From: Promethearchaeota archaeon
GTDB taxonomy: Archaea; Asgardarchaeota; Lokiarchaeia; Sigyniarchaeales; SOKP01
DNA length: 64,000 nucleotides
Assembly (NCBI GenBank): GCA_048940445.1
Contig: JBHLON010000003.1
Coordinates: 64,001 to 128,000, forward strand
Direction of reading: 5' to 3'
Made by a program: the position numbers and the translations under genes. The stretch's first letter is position 1. The number at the start of each line of letters is the position of its first letter. Shown in pieces: positions 18,308 to 28,319 of the stretch. Below the pieces are notes generated by a model. That model ran no database searches. It saw only the letters and a list, made by a program, of their open reading frames with translations, and was not told the origin of the DNA.

Positions 18308-20185
18308 TTATAATAAACCCTCTTTTTTAAGCTTCGATTCAACATTATTTAAATTTAGCCTTTGCAATATTTCAGAAGTGGGCACACCTTTATCATTCCA
18401 CCCCACCGCTGTGTAATATTCGGATTTTAATTTCTCAAATATATCTTTATCTATTGATTTCCCTTTATATGGTCCCGATGGGAGAGGTTCCCAAAATCTA
18501 GATGGCAGATTATCGTCTTGCTCTGATCTCCATTCTGCATCTGGTCCTCCAAGCAATGACACTGCTCTCTGTAATTGTAAAATTCTTAATCCTTTTTCAC
18601 TGAACCAACTTTCTTTTAGTAATTCCCAACCCGTTACAGTTTGATAGAAACTTGCGATTTGATCAAAATCGAGAGTAAAGGTGGTAAAGAAACAATATAC
18701 GGCAGAATCGCTCAGAATTGAGTTTAATTCACTTCCATCTCCATCAATAGGAAGTGCGGCTGATGATGTATGATCTCCTGCTTGAACTGATACGCTATAT
18801 CCAATGGAGGTTTGTGTAACCATATCTTTGCCGCTTTTAAGGCCGTGAGCTCCGATTGCCATGCCTTTAAGATGAATCGCATACTTAAGTATTTCGGTTT
18901 TTTTCATTTCTTCAAGTTTTAAAGCTGCTCGATATATACCTTCTGCTAATATATCTCCAATACCTTCTCTAAATGCAATTTTTCTGGCCAATTCTGCAAA
19001 CGCGTCAACATTTCCCCATTCAAGATTAATTCCTCCTAAATCTTCTTTTGAAAGGATACCCCTTTGGAATAATTCTCCAGTAAATCCCAAAATAGCGCCA
19101 CCTTGAATGCCACAAAATCCTAATTCTTCGATTATATACGAGAGATAAATATTCTGTTCTGGTGAAAAAATACCCAAATTTGTTCCCAAGAATGCTTCAA
19201 GCTCATAGTCGGGATTATCACAGATTGCCCCAGCGTATTTTCCATCTCTTAATACCGCTAACTTTAGGCACGTAACAGGACAGCCGTAGTCTCCCCAGTA
19301 CTTTTTTACCCAAAGTTTGTCGAATTCTTCACCTCTATAACTTTTTTCATTATGCCATTCTTCCTGCCAATTTCTAACTGGCTCTGAACTTGAGTCAGCA
19401 CCAAATGTATATCCTCCTGATCCTGTCCCCCAACGTCTAAAAAATTCTATTGTAAAACAATTCTTTGAAAATTCTTGCGATAGCTCAAGCATTTTATCTT
19501 GATCGATCACATCTGGTAAGGGCCCAAAACCTTTTACGACCACTGCTTTCAAGTTTTTAGAACCCATTACACCGCCGTATCCTCCATAACCAGCCGCGTG
19601 AGCATATTTTGCTTCTACGGCTGCTACTCGGGATTTATTTTCTCCAGCAGGACCAATATAAAGAACTGAAGGTTCCTTAAACTCACCATAATTAGGATGA
19701 ATCTTTTTGATGTCATTAATCGAATCTTTTATGAGGTAACGCATAGATTCTCTGCTAGTTTTTCCCCATATGTGTGAAGCATTCTTAATCTCTACGTAAT
19801 CATCGCAAATAAATACATAACTCGGTTTTTCAGCCTTTCCCGTAAAGATTATTCCGTCATAACCTGCACATTTCAATTCCACACCAAACTCTCCTGCGAC
19901 TGTTGATCCTATAATTCCATTACCCTGGGGAGACTTCCCTGTTACACAAATTCTAGCACCAAGAAAATATCCCGTAAAAGGGCCAGTAAGCATGAGTAAA
20001 ATATTTTCAGGATCTAGAGGATCAATAGTCTCCCACTTATTTCCAAGCCGATCCCATAATATCTTTACTCCTAAACCCCTACCTCCGATGTAATCCCGAA
20101 GAATTTCATCTGAAAATGTAATTTCTTCGATTTTATTATTTGTCAGATTTATTTCCAGAAATTTTCCCGCATAACCATTCACCAT
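18308..20185 (-). CDS. tungsten aldehyde:ferredoxin oxidoreductase family large subunit (WOR5/GOR-like two-subunit type)
   Basis: YIGGRGLG, IGPAGEN, GGVMGSKNLKA, PDYE and WN.KGVPT motifs; overlaps an upstream polyferredoxin gene. Confidence 0.85.
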   Translation of the reverse strand: MVNGYAGKFLEINLTNNKIEEITFSDEILRDYIGGRGLGVKILWDRLGNKWETIDPLDPENILLMLTGPFTGYFLGARICVTGKSPQGNGIIGSTVAGEFGVELKCAGYDGIIFTGKAEKPSYVFICDDYVEIKNASHIWGKTSRESMRYLIKDSINDIKKIHPNYGEFKEPSVLYIGPAGENKSRVAAVEAKYAHAAGYGGYGGVMGSKNLKAVVVKGFGPLPDVIDQDKMLELSQEFSKNCFTIEFFRRWGTGSGGYTFGADSSSEPVRNWQEEWHNEKSYRGEEFDKLWVKKYWGDYGCPVTCLKLAVLRDGKYAGAICDNPDYELEAFLGTNLGIFSPEQNIYLSYIIEELGFCGIQGGAILGFTGELFQRGILSKEDLGGINLEWGNVDAFAELARKIAFREGIGDILAEGIYRAALKLEEMKKTEILKYAIHLKGMAIGAHGLKSGKDMVTQTSIGYSVSVQAGDHTSSAALPIDGDGSELNSILSDSAVYCFFTTFTLDFDQIASFYQTVTGWELLKESWFSEKGLRILQLQRAVSLLGGPDAEWRSEQDDNLPSRFWEPLPSGPYKGKSIDKDIFEKLKSEYYTAVGWNDKGVPTSEILQRLNLNNVESKLKKEGLL

Positions 20186-20715
20186 TCATACACCTCTTTA
20201 GTTGCTTTTTCACCTAATATTTTTACTGCAGTTTCATGTGCGAGTTCTTTAGGGGTTTTAGCTGGTGTTTTATTCGTTTCTATATCTTGACTTTCTAAGA
20301 GAATCAAAGTATCCCACTTTCCTTCTTGACAACTAACTGTACATTTCGGTTTACCACCACATAAATCGCAAATTACTATGTAATCATCTCGAGGATGGAG
20401 ATGTGGTATTCTTCCAGGGCAGGCATTAATACATGTTCCACAAGCGGTACATTTCAATTTGTCAGTGATTACAGCTCCAGTAAGATCGTTTATAGATAAA
20501 GCTTCTTCGGGACAAGCTTCAACACAAGGATAATCATTACATTGAAAGCAAAGATGAGGTATTTCTACTCCGGGAACGAACATAAAAACTCTCACTCTTG
20601 AAGCTTCCGGCCAAATTTTCCCTTCGTGATAAAGAGAACACGCAATCTCGCATCTTCTACATCCGCTACATTTTTCATAATTTCTTTTTATCCATAGATT
20701 ATTTACATCTTCCAT
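20179..20715 (-). CDS. multi-[4Fe-4S] electron transfer subunit of the adjacent AOR
   Basis: CSGCRRCEIAC, CFQC..YPC...CP, CTACGTCINACP and CDLC...PKC motifs. Confidence 0.88.
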   Translation of the reverse strand: MEDVNNLWIKRNYEKCSGCRRCEIACSLYHEGKIWPEASRVRVFMFVPGVEIPHLCFQCNDYPCVEACPEEALSINDLTGAVITDKLKCTACGTCINACPGRIPHLHPRDDYIVICDLCGGKPKCTVSCQEGKWDTLILLESQDIETNKTPAKTPKELAHETAVKILGEKATKEVYEW

Positions 20716-21138
20716 ATCAATACCTCATTACTTGTAAATGGTCATTTTTTATTAAATTTTCTCTTATTTGTAATAAGCTTATACGCAATGATGAAATACA
20801 CATCTGATAATTTAGAGAAGTGAATATTTAAAGCAAATCGTGCTCCAAATTATCTTAATTATAGGGATTAAAGATGTAAGTAGAGATAATTATTAATTTC
20901 TTAAAAGTATTAAAATTTAAACCCAATCCTCTTTTTTTAAACCATTAGAAAAAAGACATGTATAATAGTAACTTTTAGATCGTACATATTTATGGCATAT
21001 CTTAAAGAAGAGTTATTGCAAGAAATTGAAGGAAAAATTGCTAAAAGAATAACATTTACTGTGAATTAGGGACTACTTTTATAAAAAAAAAAAAAGGATT
21101 TTAAAATATTGTTCTCATCTATCACATTTGATTTAGCT

Positions 21139-21831
21139 TTATAAGAACCAATGTTCCATATAATTTGTCAGACAGGATGCCGGACCGACCGGCAATTCCA
21201 TTGGGCCAAAAGGTGTTTCAACTTCCCATATCGCTCCAACAAGAGCCCATCCTCCTCCTTCCCAAATTAAAGGTTCTTCGTCCCAGGGAATTGTCGCAGG
21301 ATTCATGGGATCATCAGGATCAGCTTCATAATATTTGGCTGTAGGACTTAGAAACATCAAAATCTGTGCTGATACATATTTACCTTCAGTATTTGGCATG
21401 GTTATTGGAAATGAATTACGAAAAAATACTTCGAAATTGGTATCAGTAGTTTTAAACATTCCCTCACCCATTACCCACGTAACGTTAATCCACCAGACAT
21501 TAAAGATTGGGCAATAAAAGTAATGATTAGTCGTTAGAACTAATCCATCTTGGAGCTTTCCTATCATCATATACACTTTTTTACCTGATTCATAGATTTT
21601 TTGATTGAATTCTATATGCACTTTATCATCTTTAATCTTTGCCATGATAAAATTCGTTGCCCCAGCAAAACCTGGATCTATGTCATCTCCTTTTGCCATG
21701 ATATCAACCATTAAGATACGATTAGGATTAGTAGCTTTCACCGGTGCTATCATTGCTACAATACCAAGTAAAAGTGACATCGTAATCAAAATTGTAGTTA
21801 ATTTTAATTTCTTTTTCACTACCACTTTCAC
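21139..21831 (-). CDS. secreted hypothetical protein
   Basis: Basic N-terminus, hydrophobic stretch and VKA cleavage site. Confidence 0.7.
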   Translation of the reverse strand: MKVVVKKKLKLTTILITMSLLLGIVAMIAPVKATNPNRILMVDIMAKGDDIDPGFAGATNFIMAKIKDDKVHIEFNQKIYESGKKVYMMIGKLQDGLVLTTNHYFYCPIFNVWWINVTWVMGEGMFKTTDTNFEVFFRNSFPITMPNTEGKYVSAQILMFLSPTAKYYEADPDDPMNPATIPWDEEPLIWEGGGWALVGAIWEVETPFGPMELPVGPASCLTNYMEHWFL

Positions 21832-21862
21832 CCCATATTTTTTTTAATATAGATCTTTTACT

Positions 21863-21895
21863 CGCCTCGAAAGGATTGATCCTTTAAACAAGGCG
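21863..21895 (-). promoter_or_regulatory. 5'-leader hairpin upstream of the secreted-protein gene
   Basis: CGCCT/AGGCG outer and AAAGGAT/ATCCTTT inner stems; TAACAT-N8-ATGTTA inverted repeat at 21903-21922. Confidence 0.45.
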
Positions 21896-22092
21896 TTAAT
21901 TTTAACATAAAAAAAAATGTTATAAAATGTTTCGAGACATCATATTTATAATTGAGGCTTCGATAGTTCCATGGAACACATACATTGGGATGGATGTTTA
22001 ATTTTATCCCGCCTTCTATTGGAATTCAAATAAAAATATAAGAATAATAAATATATAACGCTTTCTACATATTTATAAGAGTTCCTCAGTGC

Positions 22093-22122
22093 AATTTTCA
22101 AAGAAACCAGATTATGAATTTA
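22093..22122 (+). repeat. degenerate 30-bp dispersed repeat, copy B
   Basis: aattttcaaagaaaccagattatgaattta; preceded by ctcagtgc, compare cttagtga before copy D. Confidence 0.7.
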
Positions 22123-22197
22123 GGTGAATAAGGAAGAAAATAGAATAATAAACTTATCTTTTCGTAACCTACTTTAAATGACAGGGATTTTTCACTC

Positions 22198-22227
22198 AAT
22201 TTTCATTGAAATCAGATGGTGAATTTA
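22198..22227 (+). repeat. degenerate 30-bp dispersed repeat, copy C (contains the stop codon of the methyltransferase gene)
   Basis: aattttcattgaaatcagatggtgaattta; 28/30 identity to copy D. Confidence 0.85.
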
Positions 22228-23316
22228 ACTTTCAAAATTGAGGGGATATGTACCCCATTTTTTTATCGCTTTTGGGATTGTCATAATATTATTCAATGAG
22301 ACGCCCCAAGGTAAGCAACAAATAGGGCTCACAGCATATCTTCCTCCAGGAGCTAATTTCTTGATGTTTTCTTTTACTATATTTTCAACATCACGTGAAG
22401 TACCATTGAGTAATTCCCTACTTACATCTATATTCGCTCCTAATATTGTCACCTCAGGATGATTCTTCTTAAATTCAACCCAATATTCAATATCTAATGG
22501 ATGTGAACCATTCACCGCCAATAACTCTAGTTCATTACACATTTCATCAAAATAAGGATTAGTTCCACAATTATGGAGAATAATCCTTGCTTTTGTTTCT
22601 TTCTGTAATTGTTTAATAAATTGTCCTTCATATTTCATAGCATTTTCAAAACTCATCATGTGTTTATTAAACGCATAACCAGTAAAGAAAATTGTTCGAC
22701 TGGCTCCCACTTTTTCAATAAAGAAGTTATACAAATCCAATTGAGATTGATACACTTTTTCACAGAGCTTTAATAACAGTTCAGGGTTACGACGCATATC
22801 TCGATATGCTTGTACCCCTCTCAATTCTTGGACTACCGACCAAATTCCAAGAGAACAACTCAGTTGAAACCTTGTTTTTTCTTTAACAAGATTAGTTGCT
22901 GAGAGACAAGTATCCCATAATGAGATTTTACTATGATCTGGTATCTCTAATCTTTCGATATCTTCTTCAGATTTGCAAATATCACCTTGCTTAACCATAA
23001 ATACTTTATAGTCAGACCATTTAATTACATTTTCTTTATTATTTGCTTCTGCAAATGCCAATGCTTCAGCAGGACCGGCATAAGCCGTTGGAATTGAAAG
23101 TGTGTCTGCTTTTATGAATTCATATGTCGCAATAGCAGCATTTGCATAAGCTTTAGGTGAAGAAAGAAGCTCTCGAAGGGTTTTACCTGATATTCGGCAT
23201 ATTAATTCTTCGCATGCGAGCGGAAAAAAGGGTACTCGGTCAATATCTGATAATCCAGCAAAAGTAGCTCTTATTCTACGGGTAGATGCTTCCCAATCAT
23301 GTGGCACTTTAAACAA
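22225..23316 (-). CDS. uroporphyrinogen decarboxylase-family methyltransferase (MtaA/CmuA-like)
   Basis: DRVPFFP, ELRG...DM..NPE, Zn ligands ILHNCG and PICCLP. Confidence 0.8.
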   Translation of the reverse strand: MFKVPHDWEASTRRIRATFAGLSDIDRVPFFPLACEELICRISGKTLRELLSSPKAYANAAIATYEFIKADTLSIPTAYAGPAEALAFAEANNKENVIKWSDYKVFMVKQGDICKSEEDIERLEIPDHSKISLWDTCLSATNLVKEKTRFQLSCSLGIWSVVQELRGVQAYRDMRRNPELLLKLCEKVYQSQLDLYNFFIEKVGASRTIFFTGYAFNKHMMSFENAMKYEGQFIKQLQKETKARIILHNCGTNPYFDEMCNELELLAVNGSHPLDIEYWVEFKKNHPEVTILGANIDVSRELLNGTSRDVENIVKENIKKLAPGGRYAVSPICCLPWGVSLNNIMTIPKAIKKWGTYPLNFES

Positions 23317-23959
23317 CTCCCATTAGTTCTTTAATTAATTTCACACCTTCCCAACCATCTTTGGTCCAAGCATCGGCACCGATATGTTCACATGATTCTT
23401 CAGATAAAATGCCGCCACCTAAGACAATTTTTGCTTTAATCCCTTCTCTTTTAAGTAAACTAACAATCTCTGTCATTTTAGATATTGTTACAGTTAGTAA
23501 TCCACTTAATCCTATAATATCTGGATTTTCTTTTTTTGCCATATATAGGAATTTTTCAGGAGGAACGTCTACACCTAAATCGATGACATCAAATCCTTGA
23601 CCTTGTAATAGCGCTACTATTACAGTCTTCCCAATATCATGTAAATCTCCCTCAGGAGTTCCAATTAATAGTTTACCCTGTGAATGATGAGTTCCTTCTT
23701 CTAATTTAGTTTTAATCAGATTCATGGAATCATTAATGGCATCAGCAGCTAAAATCATATCCGCTAAAAAAAATTCTCCCTTTTCATATTTTTTTCCAAC
23801 TTCTTCAGCCCCACTGATTATTGCTTCATTTAATATACGTTTAGGTTTAACTTGTGTATCTAATGCTTGTTTGACAAGATAAGTTGCATCTTCTGATAAT
23901 CCTTCAATAATGGCATTTTTTAGTCTCAGTAGTGTTTCATGTTCACCCAAAATTCTCAA
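23309..23959 (-). CDS. corrinoid protein (MtaC/MtbC-like)
   Basis: GDLHDIGK (DxHxxG), DLGVDVPPE, SGLL and N-terminal cap domain. Confidence 0.92.
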   Translation of the reverse strand: MRILGEHETLLRLKNAIIEGLSEDATYLVKQALDTQVKPKRILNEAIISGAEEVGKKYEKGEFFLADMILAADAINDSMNLIKTKLEEGTHHSQGKLLIGTPEGDLHDIGKTVIVALLQGQGFDVIDLGVDVPPEKFLYMAKKENPDIIGLSGLLTVTISKMTEIVSLLKREGIKAKIVLGGGILSEESCEHIGADAWTKDGWEGVKLIKELMGVV

Positions 23960-24158
23960 TCACAATTGAGTAGTTAATTCAAGAATCAAATAGCTTAGAT
24001 TATATGATATTCTAATAAAAACCAATTTCTATAAAAATTTTATGATATATTTGATTCGTCAACTAACCATGGTGGAAAGATAACTTCAGAAACAAATTTA
24101 GGTTTTAATTTCTATGTATAAGATAAAACCTTATTTTCTTAAAAAATACTCTTAGTGA

Positions 24159-24188
24159 AATTCTCATTGAAATCAGATGCTGAATTTA
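24159..24188 (+). repeat. degenerate 30-bp dispersed repeat, copy D
   Basis: aattctcattgaaatcagatgctgaattta. Confidence 0.85.
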
Positions 24189-24318
24189 CACTTCATGAAC
24201 CTTTTTATCATTCCAAATCCAAAATTATAAACAATAGCAATTAATGGACTCCCACTCTTTAATCAATCATCTTTGAAATATATATATTAAATATCTAAAA
24301 TTAAAATTCGAAAATAAA

Positions 24319-25062
24319 ATGTCAAAAATAGATATTAGAAAAGATCTCCATGATTTTGGGAAATATATTCAAGTTGCTGCAATTTTAACGATTGTGAGCA
24401 TTTTCGCTGGAATAACTGGTTTTATTGCAATTATTTTTGTTTTTATTGCGATAAGAAGTCTTAAGAGAGTAAATTATTCCTTAAATAACTTATCATTACA
24501 TGAATTTCGCTCAAAATACATCAAAGGTTATATCTCAAGAATATGTGGTATGGTTGTCTTTATTATCGGAGGAGTTAATCTTGCTTTATTTTTCTTTAGC
24601 TCAACCTCAATTCCAATCTATATCTCACTCTCTATCCCTATAATTCTTATGATCTCCGGTATAATATTTATATACGTAGGCGTGGCAGCCGAAATGAAAG
24701 CGTGGAAAAACTTAAAAATGTTTTTTGAGAATAATTTTAAGTTGTTTCCAGCTTATATGTCTGAAGAGGCAATTAAGGGGTGCGATAAACTAAAAACGGG
24801 TACACTCTTAAGCTCCTTAGGATTTTTAATTGTTCCGGCAATCATCGGCTTTATCTATCATATCAAAGGATATTTCATGCTCGCAACACTAAAAAAGTTG
24901 CCAATTTATGACACTCCAGAATCTTCGGAGCTGCAAACTCCTGTACCTGAATCACAATCCATAAAAAGCTATGAACTAAGAATAAATTTTTGCCCAAATT
25001 GTGGGGCTAAATTATCTGGAATAGGGAATTTTTGTGCCCAGTGCGGTTCAGAAATCAGCTAA
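24319..25062 (+). CDS. membrane protein with C-terminal zinc ribbon
   Basis: Several TM helices; FCPNCG...FCAQCG. Confidence 0.8.
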   Translation: MSKIDIRKDLHDFGKYIQVAAILTIVSIFAGITGFIAIIFVFIAIRSLKRVNYSLNNLSLHEFRSKYIKGYISRICGMVVFIIGGVNLALFFFSSTSIPIYISLSIPIILMISGIIFIYVGVAAEMKAWKNLKMFFENNFKLFPAYMSEEAIKGCDKLKTGTLLSSLGFLIVPAIIGFIYHIKGYFMLATLKKLPIYDTPESSELQTPVPESQSIKSYELRINFCPNCGAKLSGIGNFCAQCGSEIS

Positions 25063-25157
25063 AATTTATTTAAAATACTTTCTTTTTTTTTAAATCTCTA
25101 AAATTTAAATTCAAACTTTTCTTTTCTGAATTACACTTATTTGATCATTAATGTAAT

Positions 25158-25952
25158 ATGTCAACGATTTATTTTACCAAAAATCCGGATAGAAAAAGAT
25201 TTGTCGCGTCGCTAATACCAAGATTTATAAAACATATTGACGGGAGAGTTCTTATAAAAGTAAATCTAGTCTCATATAACGCGTATCCAACAACAACTCA
25301 TCCTGAAATGATAGAAGCTGTGTATGAGCAAATTAAATCAAGCTCCTCTGAAATAATATGTGGGGATGGTCAAAGCATAGATTTATCAGCCAAGAAGATA
25401 GAAAATCATCCAATTATTGAAAAATGTGAAGAGTTAGGTATTCCTTTTGTAAACTTTTATGATCATTCTTTTAAAAAAGTAAAAAGCACGAGAGGATTTT
25501 CTTTAAAAGTATCGGAAATTCCATTTCAGCAAGACTTTATAATCTCTCTTCCGATTTTAAAGGATCATTTTATTGTAAAACTAACTAATGCTTTAAAGGA
25601 TAAGTTTGGATATCTACCAAAAACCGAACGATTAAAAATGCATACAAAGCTTAAAGATATTCACAAAGGAATCGCTGAATTAAACACTATATTTAAATCC
25701 CATTTAATTATTTGCGATGCCTTAAAAGTAATGGTAAAGGCTCAGGAATTTAGGCATGGTGGAGAAGAAAAAGATTTAGGGTATCTCTTTGCAGGAACAG
25801 ATCCTATTGCTTTAGATTTTTATGGTTTTAAGATATTGCAACCAATTTCAATTAAATTAAAAGATATAGATAATCCATTGGAAATAAAATATATTAAATA
25901 TGCTTTAGATTATGGAGTTGGATCCACGGATTATAATATGGAAGAACTTTAG
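25158..25952 (+). CDS. DUF362 domain protein
   Basis: VLIKVNLV...TTHP, IISLPILKDH, TNALK and DPIALD motifs. Confidence 0.82.
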   Translation: MSTIYFTKNPDRKRFVASLIPRFIKHIDGRVLIKVNLVSYNAYPTTTHPEMIEAVYEQIKSSSSEIICGDGQSIDLSAKKIENHPIIEKCEELGIPFVNFYDHSFKKVKSTRGFSLKVSEIPFQQDFIISLPILKDHFIVKLTNALKDKFGYLPKTERLKMHTKLKDIHKGIAELNTIFKSHLIICDALKVMVKAQEFRHGGEEKDLGYLFAGTDPIALDFYGFKILQPISIKLKDIDNPLEIKYIKYALDYGVGSTDYNMEEL

Positions 25953-26253
25953 ATGTAAATCTCTACAATACTTGTATCTAAAATAAATTAGAGATAATAT
26001 TATTAAATTGTTAAAGATAAGATCACAGTTCTTAAAGAGTTAAAAGAAATTGTCAATAGAAGAGCATAATTCTTCATTAAAAAATTTTAAAAAGTATTTA
26101 GCTTTATTCATTTAATTTATTATAAATAAAAACAAGTAATCTTTAATTTTTTTAAATAAAAATATTAAAATTTAATTTTGAATTTCTGATTTTAAAGTTC
26201 TTATTCTCTACTAAATATTTACATAATCAAATATCTTCAAAGAAAATTATATT

Positions 26254-27210
26254 ATGGATTTTTTCACTCATTTAGTTTTTGGAGCCCTAATATACATCCT
26301 TTTCTTAAAGGATTTTGGTTTTAGTTATATCTTTCTAGCGGTTCTATTTTCGGTATTACCAGACTTAGATATTTTCATCATACCATTAAAAAGGATAATT
26401 AAGTCAAATTATCTGGAACATCGTGGAGGTTCTCACTCCTATATCATAGGTATAATGATTTCCGGTATTGGTGGCATTTTATATTCTTTAATAACACAAC
26501 AATCATTCATTAACGCCTGGTTTATAAGCATGGCTTTTTACAGTTTACATGTGTCTATGGACCTTCTCACGACTACAAAAATTCCTTACTTATATCCACT
26601 ATCTAAACAAGAAAAAAGCTTTTATGTTGAAAAAGCTGGGAGCTTATTCACTATGATAATTTCAGTATCTTTCCTGGTTTTATTAGGCTTTTTATATAAT
26701 TTCTCAGCCGATCTATCTCTGCTTAATTTATTCATTAACGTTTATACTTCCTTCTTCTTCTTATATTACTTGTATCGAATTATATCTAAGGTTTGGATAT
26801 CTTCAAATCTTGAAAACAATCAGAAATACTTTCCTGGAATTTTACCTTTTTATTATACTATCTATAATCATGACATTATAGGCAATCAATTTTCTTTGGG
26901 CATAGAAAAGAGATCTCATTTTTCAAACACGAAAGGAATTGAAATTTTCAATAATGTTTTAGATGCCAAGGAATTTTCTCTCTTTAAAAAGGGAACAAAG
27001 TTATGTAAGGCAGATTACTATTATGCAAAATGGACTTTATTTCCAACATTTACCAGGAATCAGGATACCTTCTCAATTAGATATTTCTTTTTAGAAACAA
27101 TGATGAGAAGCAGGACTATGTATATTCAATTTATTTTTAGAAAGTCTACACAAGAGTTAATTAGTTTTAATCGAGGATCTGGACGTATCCAACAAAGCAT
27201 AATTAATTGA
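26254..27210 (+). CDS. membrane metal-dependent hydrolase (YdjM/LexA-binding family)
   Basis: MDFFTH, LPDLD, HRGGSHS and SLHVSMDLLT motifs. Confidence 0.85.
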   Translation: MDFFTHLVFGALIYILFLKDFGFSYIFLAVLFSVLPDLDIFIIPLKRIIKSNYLEHRGGSHSYIIGIMISGIGGILYSLITQQSFINAWFISMAFYSLHVSMDLLTTTKIPYLYPLSKQEKSFYVEKAGSLFTMIISVSFLVLLGFLYNFSADLSLLNLFINVYTSFFFLYYLYRIISKVWISSNLENNQKYFPGILPFYYTIYNHDIIGNQFSLGIEKRSHFSNTKGIEIFNNVLDAKEFSLFKKGTKLCKADYYYAKWTLFPTFTRNQDTFSIRYFFLETMMRSRTMYIQFIFRKSTQELISFNRGSGRIQQSIIN

Positions 27211-27245
27211 ATGGGATAATAGATGTATATCATTAATCAAATCTT

Positions 27246-27662
27246 ATGAAGAAAATATATAAATACAATATTATAATTTTTGAATATATCATAAAATTTG
27301 ATCAAAAAGGAGCGAAATTTAATTATGAATTTTTAAATTTCAATAACAAAAGGGCAAAGGGTGTTCTATTACTAACATTACTCCTTCTAGTAAACTTTTA
27401 TACATTCGTGTTTGTACTAGATGAACTTAATCCTAATAAATCTAAATTAATTAATGAAACAAATGAACTGAATGACCTTGAAGATAATTTAAAGAGCAAT
27501 GGTGTATCTTCTTTATTTGACGGTATGTATATTCAACATAATTTTACTGAATATCCCTCAATTTCGGATTCTAATATTACTTATAGCGAGATATCAGCAG
27601 ACATTTTTAATGTTTCATGGTCATTTAATGGTATATATAACATTAAGACATCTAATCAATAA
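27246..27662 (+). pseudogene. probable truncated N-terminal fragment of a secreted/surface protein
   Basis: Signal-like hydrophobic segment followed by a short ectodomain that stops abruptly. Confidence 0.35.
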
Positions 27663-27720
27663 TAAATGCATTTAAATACTTACAAGTATAAGATTGTTCA
27701 AAAAAAGGAGTACTAATAAA

Positions 27721-28290
27721 ATGTTGAAAAAAAAACTAAGAAAGCCAAGAACGTTATTATATCCAATGCCGGCAGTTATTGTAGGATCAATTGTTGATGA
27801 AAAACCAAATTATTGCACTATTGCATTCTGTGGAGTAGTAAATCTTTCTCCCCCAATGATTTCAATTGAATGTGGTCCCGGCCATTATACAACAAAAGGC
27901 ATTCTAAATAATATGGAGTTTAGTGTGAACATTCCTTCATTAGAAATGGTAGAAATTACAGACTTCCTTGGTATGAAATCAGGAGTAGAAATTGACAAAT
28001 CACAACTTTTTGAAACATTTTTTGGAGAATTAAAAAAAGCACCTTTAATAAGTGAAGCACCAGTTAATCATGCTTGTAAAGTAGTAAAGATTGTAGAACT
28101 TGCAGAAAGAAAGGATTTATACATTGGTCAGATAATTAATACTTATATTAATAAAGATTGTCTAACTAACGAGGTTCCAGATGTTAAAAAAATCAATCCA
28201 ATAATCTATTCACCATCTAATAGAACCTATTGGAATATAGGTCAAGAAGTTGGAAAAGCATGGAAAATTGGAAGGAAATATAAAAAGTAA
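27721..28290 (+). CDS. flavin reductase family (flavoredoxin-like) protein
   Basis: LYPMPAVIVG, FSVNIP, G..SG...DK and APLISEAP motifs; ATG 27721 follows AGGAG. Confidence 0.88.
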   Translation: MLKKKLRKPRTLLYPMPAVIVGSIVDEKPNYCTIAFCGVVNLSPPMISIECGPGHYTTKGILNNMEFSVNIPSLEMVEITDFLGMKSGVEIDKSQLFETFFGELKKAPLISEAPVNHACKVVKIVELAERKDLYIGQIINTYINKDCLTNEVPDVKKINPIIYSPSNRTYWNIGQEVGKAWKIGRKYKK

Positions 28291-28319
28291 ATAAAAATAA
28301 AAGAAAAATGTTAAAAAAC

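Noticed and set aside
18269-24188. CRISPR array or classical integron attC sites
   Set aside because: Spacing is irregular (75 bp to 3.8 kb), copies are degenerate, no cas or intI gene is present, and there is no consistent RYYYAAC...GTTRRRY fold-back.
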